Shown: positions 44,677 through 55,176 of the stretch, one piece after another
How positions within the stretch are numbered: position 1 is the first letter of the stretch
How the letters are laid out: each line of letters starts with the position of its first letter
DNA from: a virus
Virus record (IMG/VR): IMGVR_UViG_3300045988_120282
Location: 70,940-134,939 of that record
Reading direction: 5' to 3' (one strand)
Length of the DNA: 64,000 bases
Translations under genes and position numbers: made by a program
Notes under the pieces: generated by a model
Told to the model about the DNA's origin: nothing
The model's database searches: none
Seen by the model: only the letters and a program-made list of their open reading frames with translations

Positions 44677-44837
44677 ATGCAATGATATAAAATAGGAATT
44701 TGAGGCAAAATGAAAGGAGTTGAAGCACTATCACAGCAGAAAAACAAGGCAAGTTTATTATTTTCCATCTGGATGATGGTAAAACTTGCAAATATGATTT
44801 ATCAAATGGTGATTGTTATGGCAAAAGTGGTAAGAAA

Positions 44838-45869
44838 GTGAAAGCTTTAAATAATATTCTGTCTGGACATTCAGCTGATGAATTGGATAAATTGTTTGTG
44901 TCCGATCCACATTATGCAGAGTTTCTAAAATATGTAAATTGGCGAAGAAATTGTGAAATGGGAAGAACTACATGTGGCTTCATTGATTATAATTTGGGAA
45001 CTTTGTTTGAATATGCAAGTCAATATTCAGTATGTGAGCAGTTCTTCGCTATAGGGTTTACGCACAAACAAATTGCAGAAGATTTCAGATATTCAATTAA
45101 TGAAGTACCAAAATGGTTAAGAAATTATTGTATTGGTGTGAAGATGAACCGCTTATTAAATAACAAGTTTGTTGATTTTTACAAAAAATATCCAGATTAT
45201 GTTCAAACAATTCTTCAAACACAATATATGACAGTGACTCAATCCGACTTAATGTTCTTTTTTGCTAATCGTAGCACAGATTATTATATGGAAATATTAA
45301 CGTCTTTAAATAAGGATTATGGATATAATCTCGCAGATGTATTTGTTTATATGGATAAGATAATGACGTTTGAAGCAATTGTTGCTATAAATTGGTTGCT
45401 CAGAGAATTGCGTGATTATGCCCGTATGATGGACGCAATCAGTCATAAATTTGATAGATATCCAAGACATTTCAAAACAACAATGGATATTGTCACAAGA
45501 AATTACAAAAGATTACAAAAAGAATTTTCGGAAGAAGTCTTTAAGAGCCGTATTAATAAAGAATACGAATTTACATATAAAGGACTGAGATTCTTTTATC
45601 CAGACTCCACTCAAGACATTAAAGACGAAGCGGTACAGCAGAATAATTGTGTGGCAAGTTACATAGATCGAGTCATTGATGGCGAATGCCATATTATGTT
45701 CTTGAGAAGAGTAAAAGAACCAGAAAAATCGTTAGTGACGATTGAAATACAAAATGGACGAATCGTACAAGCACTGCAAAGATTCAATGATCCTCTAACC
45801 GCTGATCAGCAAGAAGCGGTCGATGCATGGAATGAACATTTTAGCAAGAAAGGTAAGGTGGCAGTATGA
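44838..45869 (+). CDS. PcfJ-like protein (tentative)
   Basis: GTG start; C-terminal QQNNCVASYIDRVIDGECHIMFLRRVKEPEKSLVTIEIQNGRIVQALQRFND resembles the PcfJ-like domain end. Confidence 0.45.
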   Translation: MKALNNILSGHSADELDKLFVSDPHYAEFLKYVNWRRNCEMGRTTCGFIDYNLGTLFEYASQYSVCEQFFAIGFTHKQIAEDFRYSINEVPKWLRNYCIGVKMNRLLNNKFVDFYKKYPDYVQTILQTQYMTVTQSDLMFFFANRSTDYYMEILTSLNKDYGYNLADVFVYMDKIMTFEAIVAINWLLRELRDYARMMDAISHKFDRYPRHFKTTMDIVTRNYKRLQKEFSEEVFKSRINKEYEFTYKGLRFFYPDSTQDIKDEAVQQNNCVASYIDRVIDGECHIMFLRRVKEPEKSLVTIEIQNGRIVQALQRFNDPLTADQQEAVDAWNEHFSKKGKVAV

Positions 45870-46405
45870 TTAATATTAATGAATTGACAACAGACCATAA
45901 GATTAAATTAAAGAAACCAATGGGATGCTTCGATAATCTTGGCGAGGTATGCGAGATTGTTAAGATTGATACAGATGAAAATGTTATCAATTTTAGATTT
46001 GGTGCGAATGGAGTGCATCTTGGTGTGATGTCTGGAGATGAATTAGAGAAATATTTTGATGTTATTGAACCAACTGTTATTCCTGATGATTATGAGTGGC
46101 ATCCATATGGGTTTATTGAAGATAATCAGGTTATGTATCATGCTCTTAAGAATGGTAGTATTTCGATGGAGACTACATATGATGGAGATGGAACAATTTC
46201 TGTTGTGTATGAGCACCCTGAAAATCCTTATCGGCAAATTAAAAATGGGCAAAGAGGTAGGTTTTATTGTGAAGATTTGAAAGTAGCATTTTTTAAATTA
46301 AAGAAAACATACTATGACAAATTATATGAAGATATACAAGAAGAAGTCATGTTGGATTTTGTTAAAAATAAAGACACATTAGAGCCAGTTGAAGTCAATG
46401 AATAG
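45866..46405 (+). CDS. hypothetical protein
   Basis: ORF overlapping previous stop. Confidence 0.5.
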   Translation: MININELTTDHKIKLKKPMGCFDNLGEVCEIVKIDTDENVINFRFGANGVHLGVMSGDELEKYFDVIEPTVIPDDYEWHPYGFIEDNQVMYHALKNGSISMETTYDGDGTISVVYEHPENPYRQIKNGQRGRFYCEDLKVAFFKLKKTYYDKLYEDIQEEVMLDFVKNKDTLEPVEVNE

Positions 46406-46414
46406 TAGGATGCA

Positions 46415-46618
46415 ATGATAGATAATGTTAAATTAACAATCAGAATATTTTCAATTGCTGTGTGCGTATTGTTGTATGTAGCTGCTTGGGTTTGGTTCAT
46501 AATTACTGGTTGTGATGATTCATATAATTGGGATTTAACTGAATGTAGGATATTTTTCTTATGGGTTATGTTCCATGTATCATGCTTAATTGGAGTAATT
46601 TTGTGGGCTTGGTGTTAG
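46415..46618 (+). CDS. small membrane protein
   Basis: Two hydrophobic helices, Trp-rich. Confidence 0.45.
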   Translation: MIDNVKLTIRIFSIAVCVLLYVAAWVWFIITGCDDSYNWDLTECRIFFLWVMFHVSCLIGVILWAWC

Positions 46619-46633
46619 AAAGAGGTGATAAAG

Positions 46634-47020
46634 ATGGGCGATTTCAAAGTTGGAAACGAAGTGTATTTTGCTTGGTACGATGAACCATATACTGTTAAGT
46701 CTGGAATCATTACGGAGATTAAATGTCTTGGCGATCTAATATATGTAATGATACAAGACAGTATAACGCATGGTTTATATATGGTTCTTTTAGAAGAGAT
46801 ATATCGCACTGAATCAGAAATAAAAGCGGTTCTAAAACGAGAGTTTTATGCCAAGGTAAATGAAGTCAAAAAAGATATTCATACCTTAGAAGAGTTACTA
46901 AAATTCATGTACAATAATGATCTTACAATTGATGAAGATGATGGATATTGTGTTTGTGAAGAACGTGTTGCGGTAAGAGAACTGGCGAAAGAAATTTGTG
47001 GGATTGAGTTAGGAGAGTAA
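46634..47020 (+). CDS. hypothetical protein
   Basis: Start after AAGAGGTGATAAAG. Confidence 0.5.
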   Translation: MGDFKVGNEVYFAWYDEPYTVKSGIITEIKCLGDLIYVMIQDSITHGLYMVLLEEIYRTESEIKAVLKREFYAKVNEVKKDIHTLEELLKFMYNNDLTIDEDDGYCVCEERVAVRELAKEICGIELGE

Positions 47021-47025
47021 TGTAG

Positions 47026-47667
47026 ATGGAGAAGAAACTTTTGTGCGCATATTGTCGAAAGCTAGTTGATTATGAACTTGAAACAAGGTTTACAATTGTT
47101 CCAATGATAGGTGAAAGAATTTCGTTTGCAGAGACATATGGTATTTGTAAGATTTGTGGAAGGGAAATTTTTATTCCAGAGGTACATGATCATAACATGG
47201 AAGCTATGGACAGAGTATATCGGATTACAAAAGAGCGAAAGGGGAATTTAGCAATGAATCAAACCTATCAAAATTGTGGTATATACTGCAAGGCACAGAA
47301 TTATGATACTAATAAGTGGATTACTGGGACATACATCGGTAAAGGATGGTTATTATTCCCAAGATGTGAACCAGCAGACCATAGTGGTATGTATGGGTGT
47401 CAAGTAAAAGAAGATACCATTTGTCAATCAACTGGCAGAGAAAATGAATTCGAATATGATGTTGTACAATTGGTTGATGATGACGAAGACGTATATTTGA
47501 TTATTTATAATGATGAAGATTTGGCGTGGCAGATGTTATCTGTTTATGGTTCTGATATGATTGATTTAGGAGAAATTAAACCAGATCAATATGTGAAACT
47601 TGGCAATATCAAAGAAGATGATTATTGGAGAAAGGAATGGGAAAGACAGAGTGAAAAAAGAAAATAA
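47026..47667 (+). CDS. zinc-ribbon protein
   Basis: CAYCRK ... CKICGRE. Confidence 0.5.
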   Translation: MEKKLLCAYCRKLVDYELETRFTIVPMIGERISFAETYGICKICGREIFIPEVHDHNMEAMDRVYRITKERKGNLAMNQTYQNCGIYCKAQNYDTNKWITGTYIGKGWLLFPRCEPADHSGMYGCQVKEDTICQSTGRENEFEYDVVQLVDDDEDVYLIIYNDEDLAWQMLSVYGSDMIDLGEIKPDQYVKLGNIKEDDYWRKEWERQSEKRK

Positions 47668-48109
47668 TAAAGTATTTACATACGGGCAGTTAGAAGAATT
47701 AAGAAATAGTTTAGCACTTTCAATAGGCGAGGTTGAATCATCAAATAAGCAAGATCATATACTTCGAAAATATTATAATATATGTAGTTTTCTTGATACG
47801 TTTCAACTGACGAAACCGCTAGTTGATGAACTAAAACGTCATCCGATTGCAGCGAGATATTTTGTTTTGTCGTTATGGAACGAATTGGTGGATTCGTGTC
47901 TTAATGCGTGCGATACATTGACTGTGAATGATATAGAGAATCGAGATTCCGAAAAGCTACTATCTACTAAAACCAATGCGGCACAGTACATCCATGTATT
48001 AAATGATATGATTTCCATAAATGATTATACAACAATTCAAGATGAGGCGTTGCAGTTTGCAATTGATACAATTAAGGAGAAATATAATGGAGAAAGAAAA
48101 GAAAAGTAA
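47618..48109 (+). CDS. hypothetical protein
   Basis: ORF; overlaps previous gene by ~50 nt, start uncertain. Confidence 0.45.
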   Translation: MIIGERNGKDRVKKENNKVFTYGQLEELRNSLALSIGEVESSNKQDHILRKYYNICSFLDTFQLTKPLVDELKRHPIAARYFVLSLWNELVDSCLNACDTLTVNDIENRDSEKLLSTKTNAAQYIHVLNDMISINDYTTIQDEALQFAIDTIKEKYNGERKEK

Positions 48110-48320
48110 ATTACATACGCCAAAAGAAATTTTAAATGCACTGCATGTGATTCAGGATACGTGCGAATACCATCTTGATGGAGCAGACGAAGATTGTAAA
48201 GCCTGTCCTTTATGCACGATGATGGGCGAAGCCCCGACTTGTACACCTAGAGACCTTGACCCTTGTAATTGGGAAATTGATGATGATCCAGATACTATAT
48301 GGCGAGCATTCAAGAAGTAG
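48087..48320 (+). CDS. small Cys-rich protein (tandem paralog 1)
   Basis: Start at ATG behind AGGAGAAATATA; PKEILNALHVIQDTCE...CKACPLC. Confidence 0.45.
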   Translation: MEKEKKSKLHTPKEILNALHVIQDTCEYHLDGADEDCKACPLCTMMGEAPTCTPRDLDPCNWEIDDDPDTIWRAFKK

Positions 48321-48331
48321 GAGGTGATATT

Positions 48332-48574
48332 GTGAGCGAGAAAAATTATAAAGAGTATACACCTGATGAGATATATGATGCTTTAAGCGTAGTTCAAAAT
48401 ATCTGTAAGGCAAACAGAGTTCATGATATGGGAAGTAGAAGTGTCGATTATGAGAATTGCTTAAATTGTGATTTTTATAATGTAGTTAGAGGTTGCAGGG
48501 TAAGAGTTTCATTACCGAAATATTGGAAGCTAAATGCTCCACCCAGAGAATGGGAACCATTTGTTCATGATTAA
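48332..48574 (+). CDS. small Cys-rich protein (tandem paralog 2)
   Basis: GTG behind GGAGGTGATATT; PDEIYDALSVVQNICK...CLNCDFY parallels the previous gene. Confidence 0.45.
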   Translation: MSEKNYKEYTPDEIYDALSVVQNICKANRVHDMGSRSVDYENCLNCDFYNVVRGCRVRVSLPKYWKLNAPPREWEPFVHD

Positions 48575-48603
48575 CACATAAACACAAGTAAATAAAGGAG
48601 AAA

Positions 48604-49143
48604 ATGTCGTTGAAATTAAATGACGAACAGAGAAAATTGGTAGAACAAAATCATAATTTGATTTACTCTGCTATGACAAAATGCGGTATCCGCAGACAAG
48701 ATTTTGATGACTATTATGGATTCGCTGCTATTGGGTTGTGTAAGGCAGCAATTGATTATGATGAATCCAAAGCTAAATCATTCTCTACATATGCATATAA
48801 ATGTATGCAAAAAGAAATTATAGCATATACTCGATGGAGATTTGCAGATAAAAGAGATGAACGACTTACCTTATCGTACAATCAGTTAATGAATGATTTA
48901 GATGAAGACGAAAAAGAATATTCTTTTTTGCTAGCTGATAAAAAAAATAATGAAAAAAAATTAATTTTCTTTTTGTGTTTTGATGAGCAAATGCGAATAC
49001 TAAATAATAAGGACAGGTTAATTATTAATTTAAAGGCAAAAGGGTATACGAACGAAGAAATAGGAAATACCCTTGGTGTTACATATCAAGCAATTCAATA
49101 TCAATTGAAAAAAATTAAAAATAAATTAATCCCATCCTTATAA
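48604..49143 (+). CDS. sigma-70-family sigma factor (paralog of 42028-42561)
   Basis: N-term MSLKLNDEQRKLVEQNHNLIY parallels MKKLNDEQRKLIEDNYSLIW; region 4 HTH YTNEEIGNTLGVTYQAIQYQLKKIKNKL. Confidence 0.75.
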   Translation: MSLKLNDEQRKLVEQNHNLIYSAMTKCGIRRQDFDDYYGFAAIGLCKAAIDYDESKAKSFSTYAYKCMQKEIIAYTRWRFADKRDERLTLSYNQLMNDLDEDEKEYSFLLADKKNNEKKLIFFLCFDEQMRILNNKDRLIINLKAKGYTNEEIGNTLGVTYQAIQYQLKKIKNKLIPSL

Positions 49144-49148
49144 TTTCA

Positions 49149-49178
49149 AAAAAGCTTTTTGCTTTTATTATTTTTTTT
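49149..49178 (+). terminator. rho-independent terminator (AT-rich stem)
   Basis: AAAAGC-TTTTT-GCTTTT then ATTATTTTTTTT. Confidence 0.45.
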
Positions 49179-49351
49179 GACGCATTTGTTATAAACGTAA
49201 TAGAACGATTATAACAATATAAGCCGATCAGATAAAATTATTTTTTGTTCCTGTTGACTTTGGCAGAGTTGACAGTGGATATAAATTGATGACTTATTTA
49301 CAAACTAAAAACTAACTAAACAAATTTAATAACAGAAAGAGGTAAATTTAT

Positions 49352-50473
49352 TTGGCAGAAAACACAAAATCTAAAAGACTTTTCAACTTACCAGAAACTA
49401 AAGGTACATTTCAGTTAGAAGGATTAATCACTGATTGTGCAAAAGACGACTTTTATAAGGAAGGTAAAACGCAGAAAGGCAAAGGTAAACGAACGTTATC
49501 TTTCGGAGTTAAAGTAGAACCTGACGTAAAAGTTAGATGTAAAATCCAGGCATTTGAAAAACCAAAAGTTTATTTCCTTAAAAGAGAAAAGAACGGTAAA
49601 AAAACTACATACAAAACTAAGGATATTCCTTGGGCTGACCGTTTTAAATCTGTTAAGGAGCTTGGGCTTGGAGATGATTGGTCATTGATTGGTTCAAGGG
49701 TTGGTCTTGAGAAAGAGACTAATGATAAAGGACAGGTCGTTAACAAAAAACTGGTATTAGATCCATTTGATTTAACAAAATATGCTTCAGAACACATGGC
49801 AGATAACCAGAGTGTATTCATTAAAGGAGATATTGAATATGGAAGTTTTACTGGGGAAAACGGAACTAAACGCCAGTGGTCAAGAATGTCTCCAACACAA
49901 ATTAGTTTAACAAGTAAAGAAATTGATCTTGATAATGAGGAGCATAAGGTAAGATCTGATTTTAAACAGACAATGGTTTTTACAAATATTGAACAGGAAA
50001 AAGAAGATGATGTGCCAACAGGACGTTTTATCGTTTATGGAAAGATTATTGGTTATTCATCTGTTGATGATGCTGAATTCTATATGACAAATAAGAAATT
50101 AGCAAAAACTTTTAAGAAGAATGTTAAGCCATATTCATCTATCGAAGTTTGGGGACATATTAAGACAGAAATTCAGACAGAAGAAGTTGAAGTAGAAGAT
50201 GATGGATGGGGAGAAGCAGATCCTACAAAGAGAGTCGTAGATTCTGCAAGAAAAGAACTTATTATCACTGGCGCAAGCAAAGATAGTATTGATTCAGAAA
50301 CATACACCAGAGAAGCAATTGATGCAGCGATTGAAGCTATTAAAAAGGCAGAAGCAGCAAGAAGTGATTTCGGTGAGTCTGATGACGAACAGACAAGTAG
50401 CTCTTCTACAGATGATGAATGGGGATCTGGTTTTGATGATTCTTCAGATGATACTGAAGGCGATGTTTGGTAA
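49352..50473 (+). CDS. hypothetical protein with acidic C-terminal tail ending in W (SSB-like candidate)
   Basis: TTG start behind AAAGAGGTAAATTTA; tail SDDEQTSSSSTDDEWGSGFDDSSDDTEGDVW resembles SSB-type acidic tails; sits at head of replication module; functional call speculative. Confidence 0.35.
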   Translation: MAENTKSKRLFNLPETKGTFQLEGLITDCAKDDFYKEGKTQKGKGKRTLSFGVKVEPDVKVRCKIQAFEKPKVYFLKREKNGKKTTYKTKDIPWADRFKSVKELGLGDDWSLIGSRVGLEKETNDKGQVVNKKLVLDPFDLTKYASEHMADNQSVFIKGDIEYGSFTGENGTKRQWSRMSPTQISLTSKEIDLDNEEHKVRSDFKQTMVFTNIEQEKEDDVPTGRFIVYGKIIGYSSVDDAEFYMTNKKLAKTFKKNVKPYSSIEVWGHIKTEIQTEEVEVEDDGWGEADPTKRVVDSARKELIITGASKDSIDSETYTREAIDAAIEAIKKAEAARSDFGESDDEQTSSSSTDDEWGSGFDDSSDDTEGDVW

Positions 50474-50537
50474 GAACAATTCTAAATCATTTCACAAATA
50501 AATAACAAAACAATATATACATAAAGGAGTTTTACAT

Positions 50538-51752
50538 TTGGCAAAAGCAAGAAAAGCAGCAAAAACACAGAGTAAATTGATGACTATTATTTATGGAGAA
50601 CCTTTTACTGGTAAAAGTACACTGGCAATGCAGTTAGCGTATTTTAAACGCCCAGATGGGAAGCCTTTCAGAGTCTTATACCTAGACTCTGAATCAGGAA
50701 GTATTGATGATTATTTACCAGAATTAGAGGAAAATGGTGTAAATCTCGAAAACATTTACATTGTTTACACTCAGAGCTTAGGAGAAGTAAGACATTATAT
50801 TGATACAGTTAAAACAAACGGTGACTTCTACGAGCTTGATGACGATGGAGAAGAAACTGATGATGTAGTTTTAGACGCAGATGGTCTTCCATTTAGAGCT
50901 GACGCAATTGTTGTGGATGGATCAACAATCTTAAATCTGACTACAAAACAGGGATTGATTGAGTTCTCTAAGAAAAGAAATCGTGTAAAAGCGGATGCTG
51001 CAAATATGACAGGTGAAGCCAGACTTGTCAAGATTGAAGGTGCAGGTATGGAATTAAAAGATTACCAGACTGTAAACTTTAAAGGTCAGGATTTAATCCT
51101 TGATTTATTAGCTTCTGGAGCACATTGTGTTGTAACAGCAAGAGAAAAAGATGAAACAGAATCTAAGATGATTGACGGTAAAAGAGAAACTGTTACGACA
51201 GGTCGTAAGATTATTGATGGATTTAAAGGTATGGATTATAACGCAAAAACAGTAATTCGTACATTCGTTGATAATGAAACTGACATGGTTTGTGCTCAGA
51301 TTGTAAAAGATAGAACGCATACATATAAAAAGAATGAGATTGTAGAAGATCCACAGATGTTAGCTTGGCAGAAAGTTATTGATAATTCTGTTGGAAACAA
51401 AGAGTTTACACTTGGTAATGCTCTTACAAAAGCAGTAGATGTTGAACAGAAAATCTATAAGAGAGAAATTCTTGGAGAAGCAGGTAAGCCAGTTTCCGAA
51501 GAGGAAGCAGAAAAAGAAGAATCTGGTGCGTCATCCAGTGAATCATCTAGTAAAAAAGATTCTGTTCAGGATGTAAAAAAACGAATTTCTGACAGAATCA
51601 AAAAATTAGCTCCTCCAAAACGACAGGAAATGAAAGATAAGCTCGCCAAAGAAGGATTACCTACCGCCTTTAGTCGTCTTAATGATCTTGATCAGCTAAA
51701 GAAGATTGAAGAAATCTTAGTGAAAAAAATCAAAGAAGATCAGGAAGGATAA
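50538..51752 (+). CDS. RecA-fold AAA ATPase, Sak4-like phage nucleotide-binding protein
   Basis: TTG start behind AAAGGAG; Walker A IIYGEPFTGKSTLAMQLA; Walker-B-like IVVDGSTILNL; long acidic/Ser-rich C-terminal extension. Confidence 0.65.
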   Translation: MAKARKAAKTQSKLMTIIYGEPFTGKSTLAMQLAYFKRPDGKPFRVLYLDSESGSIDDYLPELEENGVNLENIYIVYTQSLGEVRHYIDTVKTNGDFYELDDDGEETDDVVLDADGLPFRADAIVVDGSTILNLTTKQGLIEFSKKRNRVKADAANMTGEARLVKIEGAGMELKDYQTVNFKGQDLILDLLASGAHCVVTAREKDETESKMIDGKRETVTTGRKIIDGFKGMDYNAKTVIRTFVDNETDMVCAQIVKDRTHTYKKNEIVEDPQMLAWQKVIDNSVGNKEFTLGNALTKAVDVEQKIYKREILGEAGKPVSEEEAEKEESGASSSESSSKKDSVQDVKKRISDRIKKLAPPKRQEMKDKLAKEGLPTAFSRLNDLDQLKKIEEILVKKIKEDQEG

Positions 51753-51778
51753 GGTGAAATTACAAAAGGGTTTATGTG

Positions 51779-51796
51779 GTAGCCATTTTGGCTACC
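51779..51796 (+). terminator. GC-rich hairpin (weak terminator)
   Basis: GGTAGCC-ATTTT-GGCTACC perfect 7-bp stem; poor U-tract. Confidence 0.35.
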
Positions 51797-51831
51797 TAAT
51801 CCTTTGATATTGGACGAGGAGTAACTGTAGC

Positions 51832-52527
51832 ATGGCAGATGTTTTAACAGTAAAATGCGCTTATTGTAAAGAAGTAATTGAACTTGATTTAGATAAAGTG
51901 CAAGAGATTGTTAAATATGACAATAGTTATTATCACAAAGAATGTTTCCGCAAAATGTGTAAAGCAAAATTATTATCCAAAAATACTAAACATGACAAAT
52001 GGTTATCTGCATTGTCTAAGATTGATGAATATAATCAGAAAGCACGAGTGTTACTTGAACCAAGATTGTTAGAAGACAAAGTATATCGGTTTATTCTTGA
52101 TAATTATAACTACATTGGTTCTGTACCAGCATATGTTTTTACAAAATTGAAAAGTATTTATAAAGGTACATATCGTGGTCTGGCGAAACCAATTCCACCA
52201 AGTGATCTTTTAGATATGTGGAAGCGTCAAATGAAATATCTTAAGAAAAATCGAACATTTTTGATACAAAAAGGAACGATGGATAAAGATAATCCAACGC
52301 ACCAGGTTAATTATGATTTGGCAGTTTTAGTAGGAAAGTATGATAGTTATTTACGATGGAAAGAGAAACAGAAATTAAATGAAGTAGACAAAAAGAATAA
52401 TGAAAAATTTGCAAAATCTTTTGTTGAAACAAATAATATCACAACTCAGAAAACTGTAGTAACAGCCACACAAGACGATAACATGGACGACATTTTAAGT
52501 GATATTTTTGGTGAGGGACTTGATTGA
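51832..52527 (+). CDS. hypothetical protein (zinc-ribbon N-terminus)
   Basis: CAYCKE...YYHKECFRKMC. Confidence 0.5.
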   Translation: MADVLTVKCAYCKEVIELDLDKVQEIVKYDNSYYHKECFRKMCKAKLLSKNTKHDKWLSALSKIDEYNQKARVLLEPRLLEDKVYRFILDNYNYIGSVPAYVFTKLKSIYKGTYRGLAKPIPPSDLLDMWKRQMKYLKKNRTFLIQKGTMDKDNPTHQVNYDLAVLVGKYDSYLRWKEKQKLNEVDKKNNEKFAKSFVETNNITTQKTVVTATQDDNMDDILSDIFGEGLD

Positions 52528-54077
52528 CAGAAGAAGCAGTAGAACGTAAAAGTGTAACTAACATTCAGAGTGAAATGATGTTTATCGGTGCTTTGTATAA
52601 ACAGCCAGATTTATATGTTTCTTATGGTGGATATATGAGAAGTCAGTATGATTTCAGCGATGAGGCATGTAAATTCTTCTATGATATGTTTGAGATTATG
52701 TATAAAACATTTACTCAGACGATTGAGGAGGATAAGGTAAATATGTTCATGAGTCAATCAGATGAAAGACTTAGGACATACAAAAGATACAAAGGGTGGA
52801 AGACGATTTCATCATGGATGCAGGTTGCAGATTGTGATGATTTTAAAAAATATTATAATCTCGTTAAGAAATATTCTCTTGTAAGAGAGTATGACAGAAA
52901 TGGATATCCTGTTCAACGAATTTTAAACCATAGGTTATTTGAAAAATGGGAAGCAAAAGATATTTATAGAGTGATTCGATCTCAGGCAGACAAAATTAAT
53001 ACTGTTATTAGCGCAGGCGAAGATTCTGTCTTATTGAATAGTGGTGTTGAATCACAGGTTGAATCATTTTTATCAAAACCAGATTTAGGGATTCCGTTAC
53101 CTTGGGGGATTCTCAATAAGATGTTCAGAGGGTGTCGACTTGGAAAGGTAATTTTTAATGGATTCTTAAGTAATGAAGGAAAATCAAGAAATATGATGTT
53201 GTTGATCGCATATATCGTATTGGCAATGGATGAGAAATTTTTATTACTCAGTAACGAAATGGATGAAGACGATTTGCGAAATTGCTTAGTCGTTACAGTG
53301 ATCAACAACAAATGTTTTAAAGAGCTTCATGGGGTTGATATTGAAAAGCCAGAAGAAGAAATAGTTCTTGGTATTTACAGAGACAACAATGGCAATGTGA
53401 TTGAAAGAAAAACAAATGAAAATGGCGACTTTATTGAAACAGAAGAGGAGTACAGACATAGAGTAGCTACGACGTCAGATGAGTTTCAAAAAGTTATGCA
53501 AGTTGCAAAATGGGTAGATCAGAAACGTCAAGGAAAATTATATTTCAAAGATGTTGGCTCTGATTACTCAGATTCGGCATTAGAGTTTGAATTTAGAAAA
53601 CATCGTATGTTATATGATGTGAAATATTGTGGTTATGACACGTTAAAAGGTTATCGTATTGATGATTGGCAAACGGTGAAACAGACAGCCACAAAAATTA
53701 AAGAGCTTATGAAAGAGATCCATATGTTTTGTTTTTCTGTATTCCAGTTAACAGATGACACAGTGTATACAGATATATTCCAACTAAGTAGTAATAATAT
53801 TGCCAATGCAAAACAGATTAAGCACGTTGCTGATATCTTAATGCTTGGTAAAAGATTACATCCTGACGAATATTACAAATATCAGTATATATCAATTAGT
53901 GATTGGGGAGAGCCACAGGCGCACGATCTAAAAAAGGACAAGACATATTTCTGTATTAAGGTTGATAAAAACCGAGGCGGTAACAAAAATGTTATTCCAA
54001 TTTTTGAAATCAATTTGGATTTAAATACTTGGGACGAAATAGGATATGTCATAAAACGAGAGAAAAACGGAGCGTAG
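52524..54077 (+). CDS. DnaB-like replicative helicase
   Basis: TTG start; N-domain IQSEMMFIGALYKQPDLY as DnaB; degenerate Walker A GFLSNEGKS. Confidence 0.6.
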   Translation: MTEEAVERKSVTNIQSEMMFIGALYKQPDLYVSYGGYMRSQYDFSDEACKFFYDMFEIMYKTFTQTIEEDKVNMFMSQSDERLRTYKRYKGWKTISSWMQVADCDDFKKYYNLVKKYSLVREYDRNGYPVQRILNHRLFEKWEAKDIYRVIRSQADKINTVISAGEDSVLLNSGVESQVESFLSKPDLGIPLPWGILNKMFRGCRLGKVIFNGFLSNEGKSRNMMLLIAYIVLAMDEKFLLLSNEMDEDDLRNCLVVTVINNKCFKELHGVDIEKPEEEIVLGIYRDNNGNVIERKTNENGDFIETEEEYRHRVATTSDEFQKVMQVAKWVDQKRQGKLYFKDVGSDYSDSALEFEFRKHRMLYDVKYCGYDTLKGYRIDDWQTVKQTATKIKELMKEIHMFCFSVFQLTDDTVYTDIFQLSSNNIANAKQIKHVADILMLGKRLHPDEYYKYQYISISDWGEPQAHDLKKDKTYFCIKVDKNRGGNKNVIPIFEINLDLNTWDEIGYVIKREKNGA

Positions 54078-54080
54078 GTT

Positions 54081-55109
54081 ATGGATGTAGCACAGCTAAA
54101 AGAATATATATACGACAATAATTATGTAGAAAATATTCTGAAAGATATAGGCTGTCATCATATTAAATATCATTCGTCTGGATATTGGAGCTGTGCAAAT
54201 AAAGATGGGGATAATGAATCCGCAGTTATTACATATAACAACGAAAACCTAAATTGCACAAATTATACAAGAAAAATGACAGCAAAAGAAAGACAGACAG
54301 ATTTAATTGACTTGGTATGCTTTACAAAAAGTCTGTCTTTCCCAGACGGTTTAAAATATCTAGCCAATTTGATCGGCATAGATTATTATCATGATTTTAA
54401 TGAGCAACTGCCAGAAAGTTTGCAGATCACTCAATTGATTCATGATATGAAAGAAAATATAGAAACCGAAGAAGATAAACCAGTCAAACCAATTTCAAAA
54501 CGAATTCTTTCTTATTATAAGGACTATGTTAATGATCTGTTTTATGAAGATCATATTACTTATTTAACACAGAAAGAATTTAATATTGGCTATGACGAAG
54601 ATACAAACAGAATTACAATACCTATTTTTTCTGAAATTGGTGATTTGGTAGGTGTTAAAGGACGATTGTTCAAGAAAGAGTTAGATAAACATGATTTGAA
54701 ATATTTATATATTGAGCCATGCGCTAGACAAAGAATCTTATACGGATTGAATAAAACTCTACCTTATATAGAAAGGGTTGGAAGAGTATATGTTGCAGAA
54801 GCAGAAAAAGCTGTCATGCAGCTATGGTCATATGGATATCAAAATGTTGTAGCAACTGGCGGCAAGCAAGTTTCAAGACAGCAAATTGATATGTTAACAA
54901 GACTCGGAGTTGAAGTAGTATTTATTTTTGACAAAGATGTTGAGTTAGAAGAGATTCAAAAGCTTGGCGATCGTTTTATTGATGGAGTTCCGATTTCATA
55001 CATCATGGATAACTCAAAAGAAGGAATCCTTGATGAAAAAGAATCACCTACTGATGATCCTAAAAAATGGGAACTATTGTTAAATAACTATTTGTATACA
55101 CTTAAATAA
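54081..55109 (+). CDS. DnaG-like primase (zinc-binding + TOPRIM)
   Basis: Cys/His-rich N-domain; TOPRIM-like VYVAEAEKAVMQLWSYGYQNVVATGG ... VVFIFDKD. Confidence 0.6.
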   Translation: MDVAQLKEYIYDNNYVENILKDIGCHHIKYHSSGYWSCANKDGDNESAVITYNNENLNCTNYTRKMTAKERQTDLIDLVCFTKSLSFPDGLKYLANLIGIDYYHDFNEQLPESLQITQLIHDMKENIETEEDKPVKPISKRILSYYKDYVNDLFYEDHITYLTQKEFNIGYDEDTNRITIPIFSEIGDLVGVKGRLFKKELDKHDLKYLYIEPCARQRILYGLNKTLPYIERVGRVYVAEAEKAVMQLWSYGYQNVVATGGKQVSRQQIDMLTRLGVEVVFIFDKDVELEEIQKLGDRFIDGVPISYIMDNSKEGILDEKESPTDDPKKWELLLNNYLYTLK

Positions 55110-55176
55110 GAACAGGCAGGTTATACATATAAAATACAAATTATATGAAGGTGGCACAAATGATACCTCTAATGTT

